From positions 448,001 through 512,000 of the forward strand of contig CBDCQT010000013.1 of the NCBI GenBank assembly GCA_965220745.1: DNA of 64,000 nucleotides. The letters run 5' to 3'. The position numbers were made by a program, and so were the translations under genes. The stretch is from Alphaproteobacteria bacterium. Its GTDB lineage: Bacteria > Pseudomonadota > Alphaproteobacteria > UBA828. Position 1 is the stretch's first letter, and each line of letters opens with the position of its first letter. Below are positions 29,358 through 38,543 of this stretch, in pieces. The notes under the pieces are model-generated. The model was not told the origin of the DNA. It searched no databases and was given only the letters and a program-made list of their open reading frames with translations.

Positions 29358-31481
29358 TCATCCCGCGCCTTCCACGCTCGGGGCCAGGGCGATCTCGAAA
29401 TTACCGTAGGAGTCGACCGTGAGGGTCTGTCCCGGATGGACCACCACCGTGGTGACATCCGTATCGATCACCGCCGGTCCCTCGAACCGGTTGCCCGGCA
29501 CCAGACGCGCGCCGTTGTAGATGGGGGTCTCGGCGCGGCGGCCCCACGACGCCCAATAGACCGAGCGGGTGGGGCGTCGGGCCTCCGGTGCCGGTTCCGG
29601 GTCGAGCACGTCAGTCGTCGACAGCACGGGCTTGCGAGTGACGCCCGAGGCGCGGCAGCGGAAGGTGACGATCTCCAGCTGCGCGCCCGGCAGCGCGGCG
29701 CCGCGGCCGTAGAGCGCCTCGTAGCGCTGGCGGAACTCTTCGTGCAGCGCGTCGATCCCATCGGCGGCGACGGTCTCGCCGTCCAGCTCGACCTCGACCT
29801 CGTTGATCTGGCCCTTGTGCCGCATGTCGAGGGTGAAGCGGTAGTGGCGATCCGCGGGGGCCACGTCGTCCGCCGCGAGGTCGGCGGCGCCCCGCGCCTT
29901 GAGCTCGGCCAGCATCGCGTTGATCTCCGCCGCATCGAAGGGCGAGCGCATGATGTTGACCCGCTCGTGAACGTGCAGCAGGTCGGCCGCCGCCGCGCCG
30001 AAGGCGCACCAGACCGAGGCAGTCTCGCGCTGCGGGACGATCACCTTCGAGACCCCGAGCTCCTGCGCGAACACCCCCGCATGGGCCGGGCCCGCGCCGC
30101 CGAAGGCGAAGAGCACGAAGTCGCGCGGGTCGTGGCCCTTCTGGATCGTCACCTTGCGAATCAGGTCGGCCATCTGGAACTCGGCGATGCGGGCGATGCC
30201 GCTCGCGGTCTCGTCGAGGCCCAGGCTCAGGCGCTCCCCCATGGGCGCGAGTGCCCGCGCCGCGGCATCGCGGTCCAGCGCGATCGCGCCGCCTGCGAAG
30301 TTGTCCGGGTCGAGATAGCCGAGCACCAGGTCGGCATCGGTCACGGTCGGCACGGTGCCGCCCCGCCCGTAGCAGACCGGGCCGGGATCGGCGCCGGCAC
30401 TCTCCGGCCCCACGCGGAAGGCGCCGGTGGCCTCGTCGATGCGCGCCATGCTGCCGCCGCCCGCGCCGATCACCTGAATGTCTACCTTGGAGAGGTAGTA
30501 CTCGTACTGGTGGACCAGGCTGCGGTAGGAGAACGCCGGCTCGCCGCCGTGGATGATGCCGACGTCGAAGGACGTGCCGCCCATGTCGGTGGTGATAACG
30601 TTGTCGTAGCCCATGATGCCGCCGGCGTAGCGCGAGCCGGTGACGCCGGAGACAGGGCCGGAATCGAGGGTGAGCAGCGGTGCTCCCATGGCCTTGGCGA
30701 CGGGGATCGTGCCGCCCGCGCATTGGGTGATCTGCAACGGGTGGTGATAGCCGAGGTCGGTGGTGCGCCGGTCCATGCGGGCGAGATAGCCGGTCACCAG
30801 AGGGCCGATGTAAGCGTTGAGCGCGACGGCGGCGGTGCGCTCGTACTCACCCCACTTGGGCACCAGCTCCGACGAGCAGGTGACGAAGAGGTCGGGCGCG
30901 ATGCGCTCCACCATCGCTTTGACCCGTTGCTCATGCTCGGGCGCGAGGAAGGACCAGAGGAAGCAGATCGCGAGCGCCTCCACACCGTCTGCGACCAGAC
31001 GGCGGATCGCCTGCTCCGCCTCCTCCTCGTTCAGCTCGACCACGACCTTGCCAAAGCAGTCCACCCGCTCCGACACGCCTTCGATCAGGTACTTGGGCAC
31101 GATCGGGTCGGGCTTGCTGCTCTCCGGGATGTGAACCACGAGGCGGATGTCGCGGCCGGTAAGCCCGCGCGAGCCCCGCATGATGTGGATGACGTCGTTG
31201 TGGCCCTTGGTGGTGATGAGCCCGACCTTGACGCCCTTCTTCTGGATGATCGCGTTGGTGCCGACCGTGGTGCCATGGGCCAGAACCGCAAGCTCGCTGC
31301 ACAGCGAATCGAGCGGCGTGTCCAGCTTGCCGGCAACGATGTCGAGGGCCGCGATCAGCCCTTCGCCGAAATCGGCCGGCGTGGACGGCGCCTTGCCGGT
31401 GGTGACGCGGCCAGCCTCGTCCACCACTACGCAGTCGGTGAAGGTGCCGCCGATGTCGATGCCGCAGAGATAGCTGCTCAT
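29358..31481 (-). CDS. Hydantoinase/oxoprolinase A (ATP-binding) subunit
   Basis: DIGGTFTD, HGTT, SGPVSG, DMGGTSFDV, GAGGGS, VGPESAGADPGPVCYG. Confidence 0.93.
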   Translation of the reverse strand: MSSYLCGIDIGGTFTDCVVVDEAGRVTTGKAPSTPADFGEGLIAALDIVAGKLDTPLDSLCSELAVLAHGTTVGTNAIIQKKGVKVGLITTKGHNDVIHIMRGSRGLTGRDIRLVVHIPESSKPDPIVPKYLIEGVSERVDCFGKVVVELNEEEAEQAIRRLVADGVEALAICFLWSFLAPEHEQRVKAMVERIAPDLFVTCSSELVPKWGEYERTAAVALNAYIGPLVTGYLARMDRRTTDLGYHHPLQITQCAGGTIPVAKAMGAPLLTLDSGPVSGVTGSRYAGGIMGYDNVITTDMGGTSFDVGIIHGGEPAFSYRSLVHQYEYYLSKVDIQVIGAGGGSMARIDEATGAFRVGPESAGADPGPVCYGRGGTVPTVTDADLVLGYLDPDNFAGGAIALDRDAAARALAPMGERLSLGLDETASGIARIAEFQMADLIRKVTIQKGHDPRDFVLFAFGGAGPAHAGVFAQELGVSKVIVPQRETASVWCAFGAAAADLLHVHERVNIMRSPFDAAEINAMLAELKARGAADLAADDVAPADRHYRFTLDMRHKGQINEVEVELDGETVAADGIDALHEEFRQRYEALYGRGAALPGAQLEIVTFRCRASGVTRKPVLSTTDVLDPEPAPEARRPTRSVYWASWGRRAETPIYNGARLVPGNRFEGPAVIDTDVTTVVVHPGQTLTVDSYGNFEIALAPSVEGAG

Positions 31482-31520
31482 GGTTACTCTTGGGGACGTT
31501 CGTGGTGGGTGAGGAGGATG

Positions 31521-32300
31521 TCAGTCGAAGAGTGCGACGGCCCTGGTCCAGCCGCCGGATGCCGCCTTGATCTTGCAGGGGAAGCACGCGACCGTGAAGC
31601 CGAAGGGCGGCAGCTCCTCCAGGTGCCTGAGCTTCTCCATGTGGCAGTAGGGCGTGTCGATCCCGGCGTAGTGCCCTTCCCAGATGATCTTGGGATCGCG
31701 CGACTTGAGCCAGCGCTCGCGGGTGGCGGAGAAGGGCGCATCCCAGCTCCAGCCGTCGATGCCGGTGACGCGCACACCGCGCTCGGTCAGATAGTGGGTC
31801 CCCTCGCGGCCGACGCCGCAGCCGGAATGGATGTAGTCGTCGTGGCCGTAGCGCTCGCCCGCGCGCGTGTTCACCAGCACGATGTCCATGGGCTGGAGCT
31901 CGTAGCCGATGCGCTTCAGCTCGGCCTCGATGTCGGCAGGCGTGGCGACGTAGCCGTCGTCGAGATGGCGGAGGTCCAGCTTGACCCCCGGCCGGAAGTA
32001 CCAATCCAGCGGCATCTCGTCGATGGTGGGCATCCGGTTGCCCTTCGAATCGCGCGAGTTGTAGTGGTAGGGCGCGTCCATGTGGGTGCCGTTGTGGGTG
32101 GCGAGCTCGATGAACTCGATCGCCCAGCCCTCGCCGCCCGGCAGCTGCTCCTCCTTGAGGCCGGGAAACAGCTCGCACATCATCGCCGCACTCTCTTTGC
32201 CCGTCACGTAGCGGATCGTGGGCCGCATGAAATCCGGGTCCACGACGGTTTCATTGTCGAGGGGCTGGGAGATATCGACGATCTTCGACGGCAGCTTCAT
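31521..32300 (-). CDS. Cyclase-family (kynurenine formamidase-like) metal hydrolase
   Basis: THNGTHMDAPYH, GIDGWSWD, WEGH, HMEKL, WTRAVA. Confidence 0.92.
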   Translation of the reverse strand: MKLPSKIVDISQPLDNETVVDPDFMRPTIRYVTGKESAAMMCELFPGLKEEQLPGGEGWAIEFIELATHNGTHMDAPYHYNSRDSKGNRMPTIDEMPLDWYFRPGVKLDLRHLDDGYVATPADIEAELKRIGYELQPMDIVLVNTRAGERYGHDDYIHSGCGVGREGTHYLTERGVRVTGIDGWSWDAPFSATRERWLKSRDPKIIWEGHYAGIDTPYCHMEKLRHLEELPPFGFTVACFPCKIKAASGGWTRAVALFD

Positions 32301-32401
32301 CGCGGGTCCTCCTTGTGGCCGCCTCTTGTGCCCAAGGGGGGCACCGGAGTCGAGGGAGAGAATCTTGATCGGATCGGGCGCCGGCGCGTTAGAATGGCGC
32401 C

Positions 32402-32620
32402 ATGGCTATCCTGCGCACAGTGCTCTGGTCGCTCGCGCGCCGCGCCGCGTCGGACCCGCGCGTGCAGAAGAAGGCGGGGCAGGCGTTTCGGGCCGTCGAC
32501 CGGAAAATGGACAAGGCCGCCGACAAGGTCGCGGATGTTGCGGCCGCCAAGGACCCTGCGCGCGAGGCGGGCAAGATGCTGGGCGCCTTCCTCTCAGGCG
32601 ATAAGCGGCCGAAGGGCTGA
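32402..32620 (+). CDS. Small hypothetical amphipathic protein
   Basis: 72 aa, GC3-biased codons, non-overlapping position between the cyclase and the tRNAs. Confidence 0.65.
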   Translation: MAILRTVLWSLARRAASDPRVQKKAGQAFRAVDRKMDKAADKVADVAAAKDPAREAGKMLGAFLSGDKRPKG

Positions 32621-32643
32621 GCGCCCTCCGGCGTCTCTCCATC

Positions 32644-32730
<87 letters not shown>

Positions 32731-32739
32731 CAGGTCAGA

Positions 32740-32826
32740 TGGTGCGGCTGAGAGGACTCGAACCTCCACGGGGTCGCCCCCACAGCGCCCTCAACGCTGC
32801 GCGTCTACCAGTTCCGCCACAGCCGC
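32740..32826 (-). tRNA. tRNA-Leu(GAG)
   Basis: Reverse complement GCGGCTGTGGCGGAACTGGTAGACGCG, anticodon arm CAGCG-TT-GAG-GG-CGCTG, long variable arm, CCA. Confidence 0.97.
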
Positions 32827-32919
32827 AAGACACCCGTGCTCGAAGAGCGGGCGGGGCGGAGAAAACAAGGTAAGGCAGCGCCTTGTCAAGCCGCGATCCG
32901 CGGTACTTTCGCGGCGCCA

Positions 32920-33921
32920 CTAACGACCAGCGCCGGCCTCGGGCTTGAACGGGCGGGAGAGCAGGCCGCCAATGGCATCGTCGACTGACGCGCCCCGATG
33001 CAGCACCGCATGCACCGCGCTGGCGATCGGCATTTCGACGCCGAGTCCGGACGCCATCGTCACCACGGCCGGCGCGCTCTCGTGGCCTTCGGTGACCGCC
33101 TCGCTGGAGTCGAGTGCTGCCTTGGGCGCCGTCCCTTCGCCGATCGCGCGGCCGAAGCTGAAGTTGCGCGATTGCTCGCTGGTGCAGGTGAGCACCAGAT
33201 CGCCGAGGCCCGCGAGGCCGGCGAGTGTCTCCATCCGCGCGCCCTTGGCGACGGCGAGGCGCACAAGCTCGGCGAAGCCGCGCGCGATGATGGCGGCGCG
33301 GGCGTTGTCGCCCAAGCCGCGGCCGATGGCGATGCCGGCGGCAATCGCGATCACGTTCTTGACCGCGCCGCCGATCTGCACGCCGATCAGGTCGTCCGTG
33401 AGATAGGGACGGAAGGCCGGGACGCCGAGCGCCTTCACCACCGCCTCGCCCATGCGCGCGTCCTCGCAGGCAAGCGACACGGCGGCGGGCAAGCCGTCTG
33501 CGACCTCGCGCGCGAAGGTGGGGCCCGAGAGCACGGCGATTGGCATGTCCGGTGCCACCCGGCGCACCGCTTCGCTCATCAGCGCGCCGGTGCCCCGCTC
33601 GATTCCCTTGGGGCATATGACGGCGGGAGTCGCGCAGTCGGTCGCCTTGGCGACCTGCGCCGTCGTCTCGGCGAGATGCTGCGCCGGCGTCACCAGGAGC
33701 AGGAGATCGGCATCCGCCGCCTCGTTCAGGTCGGCGATGGCACGAATCGCGTGCTCAAGGGGGACGCCGGGCAGGAAGCGCCTGTTCTCGTGGCGGTCGT
33801 TGATGCTCTCGATGACATCGGTCTCACGCGCCCAGAGGGTCACCGTCCGCCCGGCTCGCGCCGCCACCGCAGCCAAGGCCGTGCCCCAGGCGCCGCCGCC
33901 GATCACGCCGATGCGCTTCAT
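32920..33921 (-). CDS. gpsA: NAD(P)H-dependent glycerol-3-phosphate dehydrogenase
   Basis: GGGAWGTALA, KGIE, LSGPTFAREV, GGAVKNVIAIAAG, GLGDLVLTC...SRN. Confidence 0.96.
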   Translation of the reverse strand: MKRIGVIGGGAWGTALAAVAARAGRTVTLWARETDVIESINDRHENRRFLPGVPLEHAIRAIADLNEAADADLLLLVTPAQHLAETTAQVAKATDCATPAVICPKGIERGTGALMSEAVRRVAPDMPIAVLSGPTFAREVADGLPAAVSLACEDARMGEAVVKALGVPAFRPYLTDDLIGVQIGGAVKNVIAIAAGIAIGRGLGDNARAAIIARGFAELVRLAVAKGARMETLAGLAGLGDLVLTCTSEQSRNFSFGRAIGEGTAPKAALDSSEAVTEGHESAPAVVTMASGLGVEMPIASAVHAVLHRGASVDDAIGGLLSRPFKPEAGAGR

Positions 33922-34064
33922 CGTTCTCGTGCGGCCGTCGGAGGTTGGCGTTCCATGCCGCCCAGTGTAGCGGACGCCGCCGAGTCGGAAACACGACGCG
34001 GCAACAGACGCCGCAGCGAGCCGCGCGTACAATCGGAAACACGGCGGTGTGAGGGGAGGGGCGC

Positions 34065-34883
34065 ATGCTGCGTGTCGTGCCCGGAATTGGGCGTCTGCTT
34101 GCCGTTGCGCTCGCTGCGCTGACGGCTGCCACCACGGGGCATGCCGATGCGTCCCTTGAGTTGGTCGACATCCCCGGCGGCAGTTTCGAGATGGGCGATG
34201 CCGACGGCCGGCCTGACGAAGCGCCCCGGATGGCGACGGTAGACCCCTTCCGGCTCATGCTCTTCGAGGTGACGAACGCGCAGTTCGCCGCCTTCGTCGC
34301 CGAGACCGGGCACGTCACCGATCCGGAGCGCCGCGGCTTCGGCTACGTCTGGCCGGGGCGCTGGACCAAGGTGCCGGGCGCCGACTGGCGGCATCGCAGC
34401 GGGCCGGCGTCGAATCCCATCGGCCTCGACGATCATCCTGTGGTGCAGGTGAGCTGGCAGGACGCCGGCGCCTTCTGCCGCCACCACGGGCTTCGGCTGC
34501 CGAGCGAGGAGGAATGGGAATTCGCCGCGCGCGGCACCGACGGGCGCATCTTCCCTTGGGGCGATCGGGCCCCGGATGAGGGCGGCGCCAGGCGCGCCAA
34601 CTACGGCACCAACAAGTGCTGCGCGGCGGATATGACCGACGGCTACCACGAAACCGCGCCCGTCGGCTCCTATCTGGCCGGGCTTTCGCCGTTCGGCCTG
34701 CACGACATGGCTGGCAATGTCTGGGAGTGGACGTCGAGCCCCGACGGCGATACCGGCAAGTACGTGATTCGCGGCGGTGGCTGGGGCAACAATCCGTTCT
34801 GTCTGCGGGTGAGCTACCGACACAAGAATCCGCCGGATATCGGCCTCGACATGGTGGGATTTCGCTGCGCCGGCGATTCGTAG
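34065..34883 (+). CDS. Exported FGE-sulfatase (SUMF1) domain protein
   Basis: Signal peptide; FEVTNAQF, HPVVQVSWQDA, RLPSEEEWEFAARG, DMAGNVWEW, RGGGW, GFRCA. Confidence 0.9.
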   Translation: MLRVVPGIGRLLAVALAALTAATTGHADASLELVDIPGGSFEMGDADGRPDEAPRMATVDPFRLMLFEVTNAQFAAFVAETGHVTDPERRGFGYVWPGRWTKVPGADWRHRSGPASNPIGLDDHPVVQVSWQDAGAFCRHHGLRLPSEEEWEFAARGTDGRIFPWGDRAPDEGGARRANYGTNKCCAADMTDGYHETAPVGSYLAGLSPFGLHDMAGNVWEWTSSPDGDTGKYVIRGGGWGNNPFCLRVSYRHKNPPDIGLDMVGFRCAGDS

Positions 34884-34906
34884 GCCCCGCGGGCGGTCGC
34901 GGGCCT
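34882..34906. terminator. GC-rich hairpin between convergent FGE-domain gene and tsaD
   Basis: AGGCCCCGCG-ggcggt-CGCGGGCCT imperfect inverted repeat; no U-tract. Confidence 0.3.
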
Positions 34907-35979
34907 CAGGCTTTTCGTCCCAATCGTCCCGGCACGCCGGCGCCCTCGGCGAGCCCCGCGTCCGCGTCAAGGGGCCAGCGCGGCCGCGGCGATGCGTCGA
35001 GCGGGTCGGTGAGGCCTCGGGTCAGCCGCTCGATCCCGGCCCAGGCGATCATCGCCGCATTGTCGGTGCAGAGCCGGGGCGGCGGGATGTTGAGGGCGAG
35101 GCCGCGGGTCGCCGCCAGCTCTTCGATGCGCCGCCTGATCTCGCTGTTGGCTGCGACTCCGCCCGCCACCACCAGCGCCGTCGGCTCCACGTTTGAGCCC
35201 CGGAGCATGTCGATCGCATTCGCCGTGCGGTCGACCAGCACGTCCGTGACCGCGGCCTGGAACGACGCGGCGAGGTCGGCACGGTCGCCCTCCGATGGCG
35301 TGCCCATCGCCTGAACGGCGTGGAGCAGCGCCGTCTTGAGACCTGAGAACGAGAAGTCGCAGCCGGGCCGTCCGATCAGGGGCCGGGGCAGGGAGATACG
35401 TGCCGGGTCGCCGTCCTTGGCCGCGCGCTCGATTGCGGGCCCGCCCGGATAGCCGAGCTCCAGCAACATCGCCGCCTTGTCGAAGGCCTCGCCCACCGCG
35501 TCGTCGATGGTGGTGCCCAGCCGCTGGTACCGATCCACCTCCTCGACCAGCAGCAGTTGGCAGTGGCCGCCCGAGACCAGCAGCAGCAGATAGGGGAAGT
35601 TCAGCTCGGGGGCGATGAGACGCGGGCTGAGCGCATGCCCTTCCAGGTGGTTGACGGCGAGCAGCGGCTTGCCGTGGACGGCGGCGATTGCCTTGCCGGT
35701 CATGAGCCCGACCATGACCGCGCCAATCAAGCCGGGGCCGGCGGTGGCGGCCACGCCGTCGAGGTCGGCGAAACCGACACCGGCCTCCTCCATTGCACGG
35801 GCGATGAGGCCGTCGAGATGCTCGACGTGGCTGCGCGCGGCAATCTCCGGCACCACGCCGCCGTAGGGCGCGTGGTCGGCGATTTGCGAGAGCACGATGT
35901 CGGACAGCACCCGGCGCTCGTCGGTCACGACTGCGGCCGCCGTCTCGTCGCAGCTCGTCTCGATGCCGAGGACGATCAT
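34906..35979 (-). CDS. tsaD: tRNA N6-adenosine threonylcarbamoyltransferase
   Basis: [54 protein letters not shown]. Confidence 0.98.
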   Translation of the reverse strand: MIVLGIETSCDETAAAVVTDERRVLSDIVLSQIADHAPYGGVVPEIAARSHVEHLDGLIARAMEEAGVGFADLDGVAATAGPGLIGAVMVGLMTGKAIAAVHGKPLLAVNHLEGHALSPRLIAPELNFPYLLLLVSGGHCQLLLVEEVDRYQRLGTTIDDAVGEAFDKAAMLLELGYPGGPAIERAAKDGDPARISLPRPLIGRPGCDFSFSGLKTALLHAVQAMGTPSEGDRADLAASFQAAVTDVLVDRTANAIDMLRGSNVEPTALVVAGGVAANSEIRRRIEELAATRGLALNIPPPRLCTDNAAMIAWAGIERLTRGLTDPLDASPRPRWPLDADAGLAEGAGVPGRLGRKA

Positions 35980-36125
35980 GGAGGCGAGCCTAACTCAGAT
36001 TTCTCATCACGGTCAGTACCTGCACGATAGTTTCCCGCCGAAATGGGTGACGTTCGCGACTACCTGTCAGGAGAAAAACGGGTGCTCCCCGTGGATAACG
36101 AATAGCCTCGATCAGGAGCACCCTG

Positions 36126-36260
36126 ATGCCAGATCGTGCCCCGACGATTAAAAGCCTACGGACGACCTTCGAGGTCGTGAAGGCGATGGTGGACACGCTT
36201 CCCGAAGCGATCTTCGCACGCCGCCAAAGCCGGGCACTCGGTCAATCTGGAGGCTCCTGA
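36126..36260 (+). CDS. Possible 44-aa small protein or gene fragment
   Basis: AGGAG 7 nt before ATG; MPDRAPTIKSLRTTFEVVKAMVDTLPEAIFARRQSRALGQSGGS. Confidence 0.3.
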   Translation: MPDRAPTIKSLRTTFEVVKAMVDTLPEAIFARRQSRALGQSGGS

Positions 36261-36296
36261 GGCGGTGAATTTGGCGTTCACGTCTTTTTCGCTTGG

Positions 36297-36355
36297 CTCG
36301 TATTTTTCTATAACGCTATGAATTTTTCTTATAATCTCGTATTTTCTCCATAACG
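36297..36355. repeat. Three tandem imperfect AT-rich 19-20 bp repeats
   Basis: ctcgtatttttctataacg / ctatgaatttttcttataat / ctcgtattttctccataacg. Confidence 0.7.
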
Positions 36356-36499
36356 CGAGTCGTCGGGCCGAAACTGGACTGGCTCCGCTGCACGAACCGG
36401 TCGCGATGGACGACGGCGGGCTTGCTGGGCGTCGACCAGCATTCACATCCGACCGCCCCCCCCTTGGGGGGACGGGCACGTTCGACAAGGAGAATCACC

Positions 36500-37363
36500 A
36501 TGAAACGCGCACTGCAAATGTTCTCGGCTCTCGGGGTCGTCCTGCTGTTTGCCGCAGCCGGCCCGGCGACGGCTGGCGACGGTTGGCGCACGCTGACGCC
36601 GCCGCAGCCGCTTCCAGCGCCCGAAGCGACCGGCAATGTTGCAGTCAACGGCGCCAACATTCACTACGCGCTCTACGGCTCCGGCAACACCGATGCGGTG
36701 CTGCTGTTGCACGGCGGCTTGGGCGCGGTCGAGGACTTTGGGGGACAGATCGGCGCCCTCGCTGCCACATACAAGGTAATCGCCATCGACAGCCGGGGCC
36801 ACGGCCGCTCGACCGACGACGAACAACCTTATGGTTATCACCTGATGGCGAGCGATGTGATGGGCGTGATGGACAGCCTCGGTCTGGACCAAGCGGCAAT
36901 CGTGGGCTGGAGCGACGGCGGAAACATCGGGCTCGATCTGGCGATCCACAATCCCGACCGGTTGACCAAGGTGTTCGCGCTCGGGGCCAACTACCAAACG
37001 GCCGGCCTTCGCCCCTCCGCCTTTACCGACGCGCTGATCGGTGCCTACGTCGGCCACGCGGCTGCACAGTACGCACAGATTTCGCCAACGCCCGACGCGT
37101 GGGAAGCGTTTTCCGGCAAGGTGTTCGCGATGTGGGGCGGCCAGCCCGCCTACACCGACGAGCAGTTGGTGGGAATCACGGTCCCCTTCATGATCGCGGC
37201 CGGCGTCTACGAAGAGGCTATCGACGAGGCTCACACCAAACGCATGGCTGAGCTCATTCCGGGCTCCCAGTTGCTCTTAATCGGCAATTCCAGTCACTTC
37301 GCGCACTGGCAGCAGGTCGAGGCGGTGAACACCGCGATCCTGGAGTTCCTCGCCGCCGAGTGA
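36500..37363 (+). CDS. Exported alpha/beta hydrolase
   Basis: AAGGAG RBS, signal peptide, LLHGGLG, DSRGHGRS, GWSDGG nucleophile, SHFAHWQ. Confidence 0.92.
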   Translation: MKRALQMFSALGVVLLFAAAGPATAGDGWRTLTPPQPLPAPEATGNVAVNGANIHYALYGSGNTDAVLLLHGGLGAVEDFGGQIGALAATYKVIAIDSRGHGRSTDDEQPYGYHLMASDVMGVMDSLGLDQAAIVGWSDGGNIGLDLAIHNPDRLTKVFALGANYQTAGLRPSAFTDALIGAYVGHAAAQYAQISPTPDAWEAFSGKVFAMWGGQPAYTDEQLVGITVPFMIAAGVYEEAIDEAHTKRMAELIPGSQLLLIGNSSHFAHWQQVEAVNTAILEFLAAE

Positions 37364-37476
37364 CGGAAGCGGCCGAGCGGCTCTTCCTGCTGCTGGTGGT
37401 CGGCTATTCGGACCAGGATGCGGTAGTGCCCGACATCGGGCGAAAGCCGCTCAACGAGACGGTCGCCTACGTCTGA
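37360..37476 (+). pseudogene. C-terminal remnant of an iodotyrosine-deiodinase-like nitroreductase
   Basis: Translates to ...ERLFLLLVVGYSDQDAVVPDIGRKPLNETVAYV*, resembling the recalled IYD C-terminus (E-x-P-F-L-L-L-x-V-G-Y-P-x-x-D-A-x-V-P-D-I-x-R-K-P-L). Confidence 0.65.
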
Positions 37477-37607
37477 CAATGGGACAGGGTTTGGCGCTGG
37501 TCCGGGCGGGGCCGGCGCCGCAACGATCCGTGCCGTCCGGGGCGTGAAAGCGCTCGCGTCGGCGCGGCCCGCTGTGTAGAAGGGGCGCGACGCTCCGAAT
37601 CGGTGCC

Positions 37608-38543
37608 GTGGACGTGCGCCTGCCAATAGTCGTCGGGACGCGGGGCAGCCCGCTCGCCATCGCCCAGACCCGCCACGTTTGCACCCGGCTGGTTGCGGCG
37701 CATTCTGCGCTGGCCGAGGACGGTGCGCTGCTCACCCAGACCATCACCACCTCGGGCGATCGATTTGCGGACCGCCCGCTTGCCGAGATCGGCGGCAAGG
37801 GGCTCTTCACCAAGGAGATCGAGGAGGCGCTCCTGGATGGGCGCATCGATCTCGCCGTGCACTCGATGAAGGACGTGCCGACCTGGCTGCCGGAGGAGCT
37901 GGAGATCGCCGCGATCCCTGAGCGGGAGGATCCGCGCGACGTGCTGATCGCGCCTGGTGCGACCGGCCTCGCCGACCTGCCGGCGGGGACGCGCGTCGGG
38001 ACCGGTTCGCTCCGCCGCCAAGCACAAGTTCTGGCGCGCCGCCCCGATATCGAGATCGTCCCGATGCGGGGCAACGTCGGCACCCGGCTGCGCAAGGTGG
38101 CCGATGGTGCGGCCGACGCCACGCTGCTGGCTCTGGCCGGCCTCAAGCGCTTGGGCGAGGAGGTCGACGGGATGGCGGTGCTGGAGCCGGCGGAGATGCT
38201 GCCGGCGGTGGGGCAGGGGGCGCTCGGCATCGAGTGCCGGACGGGCGATGAGCGGGTGCAGGAGCTGCTGCAGCCCATCGTCGATCCGGTGACAACTGCC
38301 GCGGTCCAGTGCGAACGGGCGTTGCTGGAGGTGCTCGACGGCTCCTGCCGCATGCCGATCGCAGGCCTCGCCGAGGCGGATGGCTCGGGCGGGCTTCGCC
38401 TCGACGCCCTGATCGCGCGGGCCGACGGCAGCGTCTGTCACCGAGTCGAGCGCGCTGGGGCTGTAGCGGACGCGTCCGCCATCGGCCGCGACGCCGGTGC
38501 CGCGCTGCGTGCGGCCGGCGGGCCTGACTGGTTCGAGTCGTGA
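37608..38543 (+). CDS. hemC: Hydroxymethylbilane synthase
   Basis: GTRGSPLA, GGKGLFTKEIE, AVHSMKDVP, GTGSLRR, RGNVGTRL, LDGSCRMPI. Confidence 0.97.
   Translation: MDVRLPIVVGTRGSPLAIAQTRHVCTRLVAAHSALAEDGALLTQTITTSGDRFADRPLAEIGGKGLFTKEIEEALLDGRIDLAVHSMKDVPTWLPEELEIAAIPEREDPRDVLIAPGATGLADLPAGTRVGTGSLRRQAQVLARRPDIEIVPMRGNVGTRLRKVADGAADATLLALAGLKRLGEEVDGMAVLEPAEMLPAVGQGALGIECRTGDERVQELLQPIVDPVTTAAVQCERALLEVLDGSCRMPIAGLAEADGSGGLRLDALIARADGSVCHRVERAGAVADASAIGRDAGAALRAAGGPDWFES

Noticed and set aside
36297-36355. CRISPR or iteron interpretation of the AT-rich repeats
   Set aside because: No spacers, only three degenerate units, and no cas or rep gene in the window.
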